A stretch of DNA of 55,639 nucleotides, filler included, from Squatina squatina (lineage: Eukaryota): the NCBI GenBank assembly GCA_031763465.1. It is 3 parts of 3 records of this genome, joined end to end, with 100 filler letters (N's around TTAATTAATTAA, not from the genome) between each part and the next. Parts side by side here need not be neighbours in the genome. Positions count along the whole stretch, not along the records: positions 15,321 to 28,550 come from JARFOE010000192.1; positions 28,651 to 55,639 come from JARFOE010000016.1; 1 more part is not named here. One strand, written 5' to 3'. A program made the position numbers and the translations under genes. Shown here piece after piece: positions 21,686-33,055 of this stretch (position 1 is its first letter; the number at the start of each line of letters is the position of its first letter). The notes beneath the pieces are model-generated. The model was not told the DNA's origin, ran no database searches, and saw nothing but the letters and a program-made list of their open reading frames with translations.

Positions 21686-24600
21686 ATTGCTCGGTTTTAG
21701 AGGGTGATGCTTTGAACTCCCTCCCCCATTTTGTAATTATTTTTCTTCCAATCTTTTAGCTACCCTTGTACCAGGTCCCCTTTGCTCACTGAAAGCCCTG
21801 CTAGTGTTCTTTTCTATTTAAATTCTAAGAAGACACTGAGGAGTTATTTGATTGACGCATTCTGAATTTACCTCCTTTGTTTCTTCCCTGTGGAGAAAAG
21901 ATATCACCTTCGCTCAACAGAGGTGATTTTCCTACTTTGTAAGGTACCTCATCAACAGTGCATATCGGTAATTTGGGGCTAAACTGGCACCATTTTCTGA
22001 CCGAGGTTCCCTGCTAGAGGCATTACGTCAGAAAATTACAATAAGCATTTTCCTTTACCCCACCAGGGGCTACACCTCATGTCAGGAACATTCTGGTTCT
22101 GGGAACATTGCAGACAAGAATCTTGTGTAATACTACTCCATTGTGCTAGTACACATTGAAATACCTGAAGGTAATGGTTCGGTGTAGGCCTGTGCTGTGT
22201 TTTCTGCTGTCTAGCTTGCTGTGTTGTTTCCTAGCAATAGTTGGTGTCTACATTCGCATGCTCCCATGCATCTTTTCAAAGGTTAAACAATCAGTGAGAA
22301 TGTGAAAAGGTACAATAATAGCACAAGGAAATCAAAGTGAATGTGAACCTTTTCCAAATTATTAGAGAGAATCGCAGTAGGACTGGTGGGCGGCTTCATT
22401 CACTTTCTGTCAATGTCAGGGTCTCATCTGTGTGAAAAGTGAAATGCCATCCTATTACCAATCATTAGGAAGAGTGACAGCATCATTTGTCAGAAGCCAG
22501 ACAACATTGCAGCTGCTGCGTTTTTCCCATTTTCAGAGAACAAAATTGGCTCATTATAGCCCCAGGCAGCAACAGTGCTCTTTCAAGCAAATCTGTTTCT
22601 GTGTGGAATGGCTATTATCTCTCTAGTTTTTTTTAAAAAAAGGGAGAAAAACCTTGCAAAAGTCAGCAACTCTTCAGCTGAATAAGTGGTAGAAATTCAG
22701 TAGAAAAGGGTAAGGGATTTCCAACAATAGAATTCTTTACGTAAGAGACACAAGATGCCATGGAAAGGGCAGATAACACCAGGTATCAGCTGACCCTGAT
22801 GCTCATAGTTGTGACCTATGGCCTGAGTATAATTGTTGCAGATGCATTGCCTTTATCGTTCATGTGTTCCTTCCCAGTCCACTATTCAAAAGGACAGATG
22901 GGTCATCAGTAAATGTTCACTGTGCTCTCTTACTATGCTCCACAAAGCTCACTGTTGGTTACCTAATAGTTAAGATTCAACCAGCTAACCATGAGCTTCC
23001 TCAATCCTTCTGCCAGCTCAGATCAGTACTTTCTTTACTTGATGTCTTAGAATAGATTTATTTTGGTTGCCACATGGAGAATAATTTGCATTTATCCAAT
23101 CTTTCCCTGTAAAACAAGAGGTTTGAAATAATTGTGTTGTTTCCTCAGCCTAAACTGGAATCTTTGATGCAGTAAATTTCTATTATATTTTCTAATTTAT
23201 TTTAATTATGAATTCATATTACAAAATATTAATTACATTATTATGATATTTATTTAAACAAATCTCAGCCTGAGGTAATGCATGGGGTGATAAAAGCTTA
23301 GTGCAAGTACAGGAAATAAATCAATGGAGAGGCCACAGTGGCAAGGGAGGCTTTTATGTCACACTGTCTTTAATGGAGTTGTCACTATTATAATATGTAG
23401 TAGCTGTGCTATTTTCTGGTATACTATAGGACAATGTGTTTTGCTATAACTTATCCTTCTGGTCATGTGATATCACTTGCTTTACATTTTTTCATTGCAA
23501 CTGCTTTCAGACAAAGACCTACCTCACCATTCCATTGAGTTCACCCCACAGCGTCAAATCAACAACCTCAATTGATTTTAAAGGAGCATTGACGTTGTAC
23601 TTAAAACTTTTTATTGAATGTAGGCGGAGTGATGAAGAACCATATGTCATTTCTGATACACTGACCTTTTGGTGAAGTGAAGCAATACGGCATTTAACTC
23701 GCCATGCTGTGTCCCCATAAACAAAAGCAAAATAAGATTGGGAATTTTTTTCCTGAAGGTGGTTCCCCTTTNNNNNNNNNNNNNNNNNNNNNNNNNNNNN
23801 NNNNNNNNNNNNNNNNNNNNNNNNNNNNNNNNNNNNNNNNNNNNNNNNNNNNNNNNNNNNNNNNNNNNNNNTGGTTTACTGCAGAATAAAATCCGCCCAT
23901 GATGTGGCTGAGTTTGTGCAATCTATTTGAAATGATCAATAGTAGTTTTGCCTAAATACTTTTAGTCTATTAAGGAACATCAATCAATAGCCAGCTTCTT
24001 GATGGATACATGCTCCTTCGAGTCTGCTGTTGTAAATCTATTTCTCTATCACATGCGACACACTCAGCAAAGATGTCGAGATATTTCTTAATTTTAGTAG
24101 ACTAGGAGAACTGTAAGGTGTAAGCACTTCTGTAATAAATTAATCTGCTATCTTATTAAACATTCCTGTTCAAAGTAGAGGACTGATTCTTTTGAATGTT
24201 AAGCCTTTAATTAAGCTGGGAATAAGCTGCCAGAGATAACTGTAAAGTCCGAGAGACAGGCGACTACATTAATCTAAATGACAGAAGCGTTTCTACACCA
24301 AGTTAAAAGAAAAAGAATAAGATTACATTTTAATTTATTCCTGGTAAAGAACTAAAATTTAGAGCTGCTCTATGGTTCTGTATCTCTGCCACAATACAAT
24401 GATGAATGACCATTATGTAAACACAGCTTTTAAAATTATTACCCTGACCGTCACAAAGCATGTGCACCTTCAGTCACATGTTACTNNNNNNNNNNNNNNN
24501 NNNNNNNNNNNNNNNNNNNNNNNNNNNNNNNNNNNNNNNNNNNNNNNNNNNNNNNNNNNNNNNNNNNNNNNNNNNNNNNNNNNNNATTGCCGCTTTTCAT

Positions 24601-24954
24601 TTTCCTTTGCCAATATTATGAAATTCCTTTCCAATCGTGGGAACTGCATCACCACATGAGCTGCAGCAGTACAAGGAGAAGGCCCATCGCCACCGACTCA
24701 GAGCAATTAGGGATGGCAATAAAGACAGTCTTGGCAGCATCGCCCACATCCTGAAAAAGAACTTTTAAAAAAACAACGCTGTGCACAACTTCCCCTACTT
24801 CCCTGGCATCCAGCATTGCTATCGGTAGCAAAAGGTGCCTGCGGCAGCAATTTTCCNNNNNNNNNNCTCCCCGAGCCCATGGAACCCACCAAAATGACCT
24901 ACAGGGATTCCTTGGCTGGGGTTAGGAGTGCATCCTTGTGGCTGACAGAAGTCC

Positions 24955-25028
24955 CACCCTGCTGAACTTCCGCCAGTGTTACAGCCGAGAAGATTCGGCT
25001 GTAACACTGGCGGAAGTTCAGCAGGGTG
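24955..25028. repeat. Perfect 34-bp inverted repeat with 6-nt loop
   Basis: caccctgctgaacttccgccagtgttacagccga-gaagat-tcggctgtaacactggcggaagttcagcagggtg. Confidence 0.97.
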
Positions 25029-25220
25029 CGAGTTTCAGCAGAGTATCCATTGTGAGGTTCACCACATCCAAGCCCGATGCCATCTTTACCCGGCTCAAAT
25101 ATAAATGCACTTCGCTGCAAAGTTCACCAAATAAGAATTGATGGCAGAGCCAGCGTTGATATTTCCACTCTACAGCCCAAAGATATTTGAGACCAACTGT
25201 AGTACAACCACTGCCACTGT

Positions 25221-25848
25221 GGGGTGACTTTAACTTTATACGCCTGGTGGAAACTGGGCTGGTGGGCAGTTAAAATCACCTGGGTCACTTACCCACTCTG
25301 GAGCAGCCAGGAGCTGACTTGCTGTGATTTTTAGGTGGCAAGGACACCCAGCGAAAGCTGACAGGGTCCTTTTTCTACAGATGCATGTCGGGCCCCGCTG
25401 ACATCATCAGGGCCCAACTGCAATTTTTGCTCGGCAGGTTGAGCGGAAAGCGGCGGTGAGTTTCCCATCAGGTTGATCTAGCGAGAAATTTGATCTTGGC
25501 CAGAAAAATCCAAAAAGACAAGTTTTATTTTTGTTTTCCTTACTTTCCCTGTAGGCCCTGGAGGAGCAGGATTGCTCCTCCTGACCTCACAAGGAGAGCT
25601 TATGCCTAACCTACTGTGGTCTCGCCCCCTTTTCCCCGATTGCAGGAGACCCCCCAGGACAGCCCGGCAGCCGATTACATCACTTAATTGCTGTCAGCGG
25701 CCAGCCTCCGTGCTCTGTGATTTTCCACAACTTCGCACCCAGGACAGATAGGAGCTTGGCCGGCCGGATTTATTGGAGCAACGGGTGAGTTTCTAGCTCA
25801 CACTGCTGCTCACCCACCCGAAACTGGGCGGCAGTTAAAATCGGAGTC
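25221..25848. mobile_element. MITE-like element with terminal/subterminal inverted repeats
   Basis: Left ggggtgactttaact versus right agttaaaatcgg; the motif gaaactgggc..gcagttaaaatc occurs near both ends; GC-rich. Confidence 0.6.
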
Positions 25849-27189
25849 TGTAGATGAGATCAGGTACGCAACACTGACTGGAGTTCAAGTCTGGAATCTT
25901 CTTGGTCTGCACTGACTAGAGTGCATTAGCCCACTGAACAATTAGAAAGAAACTTTAGAAGGCCCGAATAGCATCTGGACTTTTTGATTGAATTAAGACG
26001 TAACAGAAGACAGGGGTGTCAATGTGTTATACTGCCTATGGTGCACTAGGTGGCCTTTCACTTGCCTTTAGGCATCAGGCAGTTACAGTATATGGAGAGA
26101 CACATAACAGAAGCACACGTCAGGAAACAGGGAAACACTGAAGTTTACAAAAAAAGTAATTTAACATTAATCATGAATGCAGATAAATTAAATCAGACTG
26201 AGAGATTTGGAAAAAGAAACTGTGCACGCTTTGTGAAAATAAAGAAACAAGGTTGTAAGGCAAAGCACTCCAACATAGCCATGACAGAAATTGTTGGTAC
26301 ATCATCCTTTTTACACAGCCCCTGAAAGATTCAATCGTCAGTTGCTGACAGAGAAGAATGACAGTGAGTGCTGTGGTGTACCAAAAAATAAACCACTGGG
26401 TAACATTAGACTGCACAACTCACATGAGGTTTGATTCTGAATGAACAGCCAAGTCTGACTTGGGTATCTGGCTTCTACCACCCACACTTGAGTGAACCTC
26501 AATATTATCTATTTATTTAAGGAAAGAAAAATCACTTGGGTCGAGGGTACTTGTTGTGGCAGAAGTTCAGCAGTTGGTGCACTAATACTATTGGAATTTT
26601 TCTAGTCCAGGGTAACTGGCGTTTAGTGTCATGTGATACAAATAGAAAAACTGGCGTTCAAAGAGCATGTAGATCATTTGGAATAATCTACCACTTCTTT
26701 TCACTAAGCAGACCAGATGTTCCAATTTAACTGGTTCAATCTGATTTTGTTGATTGTCATAATGAAATGTTTACAGCACAGGTTTACAGGAACATAACAA
26801 GGATAAATTTCTTTCACATAAGTTATTTTGAGTGTTCATATTTAGTTATTTTAAGTTAGTTTATTTTTAGTTTCTCTTATTACAATAAACACGTTAAAAC
26901 ACACATACCCAATGGTATGGTTAGACTCTTGATTAAAGCTACTATTTTCCCATTTGCTGAGGGTAATGTCCCAGCATCCTTCACATTACTGCTTTGCCTC
27001 TTGACTGTGGATCGAGGGCGGCCAATTCGTGGTNNNNNNNNNNNNNNNNNNNNNNNNNNNNNNNNNNNNNNNNNNNNNNNNNNNNNNNNNNNNNNNNNNN
27101 NNNNNNNNNNNNNNNNNNNNNNNNNNNNNNNNNAAATAAAAATCACTTTGTTGGCAATACAAAATCATGTGTGGTGGCAAAATGCATAA

Positions 27190-27650
27190 AGTATGCTCCA
27201 AAGACATCTGGAGAAGATTAACAATTGGACTAATGACTGGAAAATTGCAAATAATGAGGATGAAGGAAAAGAAATACATTTAAGTACAAAAAATATCAAT
27301 TTTGATTGCAAGATGAATGGTCTTTTCTTGATAAAGGTGGAGGAGGAAAGGGATTTAAGAATGGTTGCAGACCAGGCTTCAGAAATATCTCTACAGTGTG
27401 AAATGCTGATTAATAATGCAAACAGAATGTTAGGGCACATTATCAGAAGCAAAGAGTATATCCAAGGAAGTTGGATTTGTTAATCTGTAATACATTAGAG
27501 AGACCAGCCTTGGATATTCCATTAAGTTTTATTCATTGCATCTCCAAAGGGACAAAGTTGCAGAAAGACCAACAGAGATGGCTCCTAGGGTGAGGCTGTT
27601 GAACTATAAAAATAGGCTAAAGAAATCAATATTAGTTTAGAAAAATGAGA
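27190..27650 (+). mobile_element. Old CR1 LINE ORF2 fragment
   Basis: LQRHLEKINNWTNDWKI..EEERDL..QC..NANRMLGHI, typical of CR1 post-RT region. Confidence 0.75.
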
Positions 27651-28550
27651 GATTTTCTCCCATTGCACTGCTCATGATTAGTCTGAGCTCATGTGTGATG
27701 TTTAGTTGCAAACTTGTTCTCTCTCTTTAAGACCCAAACATATGAAGGAGAAAGGAATCGAAGGATATGCTNNNNNNNNNNNNNNNNNNNNNNNNNNNNN
27801 NNNNNNNNNNNNNNNNNNNNNNNNNNNNNNNNNNNNNNNNNNNNNNNNNNNNNNNNNNNNNNNNNNNNNNNATAAAATGAAAAATAGAGGATTTGAGTGT
27901 TAAGGTTTGCCACCTTTTTTGTGAGCATTTAAACAAGAAAGACCTGCATTTATATAGTGCCTTTCTCAACCTCAGGATATTCCAAAGCACTTTACACTTT
28001 GCTTCCTGTCTGGGAGCAAAGGTCGTGGAATGCACTTCCTGTCTAGGAGCAAAGAACAGAGAGGGGTCAGGAAAAAAATAGCAACTCATGATTTCTATAC
28101 CAAATCTCATGATTTTTAAGAGTTTGTCACCTGATTTATAAAGTGGTGGATTTGGCAATACTAAATTTTATTTGCTTGTTTTCTCAAGGGAAACATGGCC
28201 TCTCTTAATTTTCACATAAAGATTCTTAACTAATAACAAAAAAAATTGAAAGACAGAAAGCAGCAGCACAATAGCTGTCTATCCTTTTGAAGATAAATGA
28301 GCCATTATTCAGGTATTTTTAAACACTGTCCATCATTCCAATGAAGTTCTTGACAACTGTATAAAGCTCTACAATTAGAGCCCAAGAGAAATGTGTAGTT
28401 AAGACTTAAAGTGCATAGTATTGAGTGGATTGTCTTGGACTTTCAATCAACTTGCCTTTAAAATCCAAACAAGAGGGAAGTTGTGATCGCTTCAAGCAGT
28501 ATTATGGGATGTCTCAGATAACCATAACCAAGAGAATACGAGGTTCAAAT

Positions 28551-28650
28551 NNNNNNNNNNNNNNNNNNNNNNNNNNNNNNNNNNNNNNNNNNNNTTAATT
28601 AATTAANNNNNNNNNNNNNNNNNNNNNNNNNNNNNNNNNNNNNNNNNNNN
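28551..28650. other. Artificial scaffold-joining linker (N44-TTAATTAATTAA-N44)
   Basis: Identical in structure to the linker at 15221-15320. Confidence 0.95.
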
Positions 28651-29200
28651 CTCTCCAGTATAAGCTGCAGTATGAGCAGGACAATCCACATTCAATAGCT
28701 GGAATCAACACCAGCACGCAGTACATGCCAAGTATTACATTTACTTTTTATTCTCTGCAAATGCTTCACTGGACATAAGCAAGTTGAGGTCAGATGGTAA
28801 GAAAAGCATTTTAATGTCTGACCTCAATTTATTTTTGTCAACACATATTGTTACTATTAGCTGCCAGGCTGTGCAGAGTAATAAAAAAAGGCTGCATTGT
28901 ACCAAGAATGCACTGTATTGATGCAAGCATCTTATTAAACAATATCAACTTTACATTGAAGATACACATCTATGTACAGTATGCAAGTCCACTGATTGTT
29001 TGGGAGACTGGTATTGATGGATTGCAACATTAAAATTTGTGGAAAGAACCTTTTATTCCACCCTCCAAGATTAATGCCCATGTAAAATATTTCATTAGAA
29101 AGTTCAAGTACATTACAGCACTAGTTAATTTGATAACAGACATAAAGGCTACATTTAACATTATAAACATTTAGTGTCCTTTAGCTACAGTCTGCCTTAC

Positions 29201-29309
29201 CTTGTTGCTACCCCTGGCCTTATTACTGATGCTAGAATCATTGCTTGCCACAATTTCCACTTCTTTGGCAGATATAACACAATTTGAACTGTCATCACCG
29301 GAGAGGTAT
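29201..29309 (-). CDS. EDC4: Enhancer of mRNA decapping 4, coding exon 3
   Basis: AG/GT-bounded 109-nt exon: YLSGDDSSNCVISAKEVEIVASNDSSISNKARGSNK versus human CLSGDDSSTCIGILAKEVEIVASSDSSISSKARGSNK. Confidence 0.95.
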
Positions 29310-29759
29310 CTTAAAAAAAGACACAACCAAATCATCAGTGCTGCCCAGCATCCTTAAACAAAACTAACACCCTCCCCAGTGGTGCAGTGCATTGATTGAG
29401 GCATTAAGAAAATTCTCCACAGACTGGCAGAATTTTCATATGTGCCTATGATTCCTCATTTCACATGAAGGATCACAAATCAGATCTGGACAGGAACAAT
29501 ATCTTCCCCTAGCAGGATGTAGCAAAACACTGGAACCCAAACCTGGACAAAACGCTCTTGCATACCTGAGACGTCACTAGCAAAAGCCCAATAGGTCTCT
29601 TGTTCATTTCCTCTACTGAAGATTTATATACAGTACCTCATTTTCTCGGGGAGGGCAGGGGATGTAGTGGGGAATAAATTATAAAATAATTAAAAGATAC
29701 TTTTTCTAACAGAAAATTGCACATTAAATACAAAATATATAGCTAGTACAGCATCTTAC

Positions 29760-29916
29760 ATCTCTTGATTTTCCTGTAGGTTCAGTTTGTCCACGTTGCC
29801 ATGGTTTGATTCTCTGAGAATGGGCCCATCTCCAGCTGCAATGGGATCTGGTACCAGCAATCCATTCAGTTCTCCATTGTAGGATGCAGATTTCTTTTGG
29901 CTGTCAACAGTTGACT
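29760..29916 (-). CDS. EDC4: Enhancer of mRNA decapping 4, coding exon 2
   Basis: AG/GT-bounded 157-nt exon: STVDSQKKSASYNGELNGLLVPDPIAAGD..LNLQENQEI versus human SAYNGDLNGLLVPDP..INLQEKQVI; phase compatible with the next exon. Confidence 0.95.
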
Positions 29917-30159
29917 CTAACAAACAGAAGGGATTACATTAAATGATCTGAACTCACTGTGCACCTTCAGGTTTTGTTTAGTAAACCTCAAAGCATGAAA
30001 AGCAACATTTTTTTAAAAATGCCATTTTGCCACAAATCAAGACAGTTACAATTACAACACGGAACTGAATATGAATGTAATAATAGTTTTGAAAATTCAC
30101 TCAATATTATTGCAAATTCTAACAGCACAGCCATGGCAACATTAAATTCCCACAGTGGA

Positions 30160-30395
30160 ATTTGTGGTGGGGCTTAAGACGATTGCTTCAGTCTTACCAA
30201 TGTTTAGCTGGAGGAAATTGCAGCTCATTCAAGACTGGATATCGTACTAATGGTTTGACAGGAGGGGTTGAGAGAGCTGGTGGAGAGGTAGAGCTGGGTG
30301 TCATCAGCGTACAAAAAGAACCTGACATCGTGTCTTTGGATGATGTTGCCAAGGAGCAGCATGTAAATGAAGAAGATAAAGGTGTCAAGAAAGTA
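30160..30395 (-). mobile_element. L2-type LINE reverse-transcriptase fragment
   Basis: Minus strand reads FIYMLLLGNIIQRHDVRFFLYADDTQLYLS (YADD RT motif, L2-like context). Confidence 0.85.
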
Positions 30396-31865
30396 ATCCT
30401 CCCTAAACTTTCTTCTCTCTTTTATGGTACAACTACAGCAGAAAATGCAATAGCTGAATACAAAAGGCCTCTTTACATTACAGAAAGAGAGGTTTTTGAA
30501 AGAAAATTGCTTTGCGAAACTACAGCTGAATAAAATTAACTTCCTAAGTGCAATACACTATCATACAATTTCAAGCTACATTACTACAGAAATGCCTGGT
30601 TAATCTTTCAAGGCGGTTACAACACAAAGGTTTTTGAGTGATATATTTTACATTTACACGAGACTAGAGGTCTTTCCACATTTTTTAATTTAATCGTGAA
30701 ATACAGCACTGTCCTCATTCCTATGGTGGATTTGCAAAGTATTTGAAAGCAAATTTGACAAAAATGCACTGGCCAAGATGTAACATAATATCGCATTTCT
30801 TAACCTCTTTTGACAGTGACCGATTAAAATCTAGCTTCACTCATAGATGCCTAGTTTATACAAAGATTGCAAAATTAGCCATGGTGTCTGAGCCACGCGT
30901 TCAAGAGAGCAGTCAAGTCATTCAATTCAAATAAACATTTTATGGGACAAGTTCAAATATATATTTGATTGAATGCTCTTTTGGACTCCAAAAAAAGAGA
31001 ATTATTTAAATTTGCTTGGTCCCCTTGAACTTTTTTATTGGAAAGTACTTCTCAGCCTGTCTAGTTCAAATTTGAGATTNNNNNNNNNNNNNNNNNNNNN
31101 NNNNNNNNNNNNNNNNNNNNNNNNNNNNNNNNNNNNNNNNNNNNNNNNNNNNNNNNNNNNNNNNNNNNNNNNNNNNNNNTTATAAGTACTTTGGATCCCT
31201 CTGCTGTACAAAACTAGTCATTAAACACTGCTTCGACAGGTCTTGTCCTCGCCTGGTCCTTATGTGCCCAGGCACTCAGATAGTATTAATGGAATAATAC
31301 TTGAGATACTTATCGTTAGGGAGCAAGAGACTGAGCCATCGTTGAAGTCAATTCATGAATTCAGATGAAGAAAGCCACAAACATACATATTTTGGAAAAA
31401 GCAGCAAATAAGCAACAGGAGGTGGAACATGAGTTTTATGAGTGCTGTCTAAATACAAATTTACAACGCGTACGACAACTTCCTTATGCCATTTCTCATC
31501 CAAATCAGCAACAGTGTACAATGCTTCTAATCCTGAATAATTTACAGATTATTGCAATTTCACCAGAGTACATTTTGTCAGTAATTTAATAACAAGTACA
31601 ATTGTACCGTCAATTAAGTCTGATTGCAGAAACAAGCTCCATTATTAATTGGAAGATGTATTATTCTTCTAATACATTATTGGTCCAAACCTATGACCTC
31701 CATTAAACTAATTCTAAGTCATTTCTATTTGGTTCTACTTTGTCTATGGTACTTAAACTGTCCTTATGGTGTTTTGGTTGTGTTTATCCCGAGATGTTTA
31801 CTTCTCTTATTCTTGAGCCAATATATTAATGCTGTAACTGTTACTAGAAATTTTAAAGTGATCTT

Positions 31866-32100
31866 GAAAGAAAGACTTGCATTTATATAGCACCTTTCAT
31901 GACCACTCAAAACACTTTACAGCCAATGAAATACTTTTTGAAGTGTAGTCACTGTTGTTATGTGGGAAATGGGGCAGCCAGTTTGCGCACAGCAAGCTCC
32001 CACAAACAGCATTGTGATAATGACCAGATCATCTGTTTTAGTGATGTTCGTTGAGGGATAAATATTGGCCCCAGGACACCAGGGAGAACTCCCCTGCTCT
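31866..32100 (-). mobile_element. DeuSINE/SacSINE1-like SINE, 3' part
   Basis: Tail aagaaagacttgcatttatatagcacctttca and Deu-domain-like tgcgcacagcaagctcccacaaacagc; a shorter tail copy sits at ~27935-27995. Confidence 0.75.
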
Positions 32101-32509
32101 GAGTGAAAAATGCAGCTGTTTGTCGGTCTCTCTAGACCTTATGCAGCAAGGCGCTGATGCACTGAAAAGTACAGTTAAGAATTTAGCATCCATATTTAAA
32201 ATTTGCATTCTGTTTTAACCTTGAAAATATCACTACCATATGACGGCGGGGTGGACTGGCTTGTAGTATTGTCTAGGGCTTTGTGATCTGCGATTTAACC
32301 TGTTAAACTTCAGCAGTCTGCGTATCAACACTTGGCGGGCGGGGGGGGGGTGGGGGGGTGAGGGGAGGGAGGTTTCTTCTGCCAACAAGTTCTTAAATTC
32401 TCTGGGCTTATGTAGCATGTCTCTACGAAGTGAGATATTGTGCACTCAATATTGGGCAAAAGCAAACTGTACTTAGATAGTTTGGTTTGCAAACTCTTAA
32501 GCATGGTGA

Positions 32510-32700
32510 TGGGTTGCCTTGTGATCAAAAACGTCTGGCTGCATTGCACGGATTAACTGGCCAGTCATCTTGCTGTTTGTACGATCTTGATGTGCGCAAT
32601 TTGGCGGCTGCATTTGGCTACACAACAGTCACTGTACTTCAGAGTGACTTACTGTAGCTGAAGTGCTTTGAAAAGTTTCTGAGAAACTTGATGAAGGTAT
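32510..32700 (+). mobile_element. DeuSINE-like fragment
   Basis: tgctgtttgtacgatcttgatgtgcgcaatttggcggctgcattt is inversely similar to the element at 31866-32100. Confidence 0.55.
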
Positions 32701-32714
32701 TATGTACAAGAGTA

Positions 32715-33055
32715 GCAATAACATGAGGGGTCTGGACAGAGTAGATAGAGAGAAACTGTTCCCATTGGCGGAAGGGTCAAGAACCAGAGGACACAGATTT
32801 AAGGTGATTGGCAGAAGATCCAAAGGAAAAAGTGTTTTACACAGTGAGTGGTTAGGATCTGGAATGCGCTGCCTGAGAGGGTGGTGGAGGCAGATTCAAT
32901 CATGGCTTTCAAAAGGGAGTTGGAAAAGTAGCTGAAGGAAAATAAGTTGCAGGGCTACGGGGAAAGAGCAGGGGAGTGGGACTAGATGAAGTCCTCTTGC
33001 AGAGAGCCAGCACGGGCTCAACAGCTTCTGTGCTGTAACCATTCTATCATTCTCT
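32715..33055 (+). mobile_element. CR1 LINE 3' end
   Basis: MRGLDRVDREKLFPLAEGSRTRGHRFKV followed by tail ttctgtgctgtaaccattctat. Confidence 0.9.
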
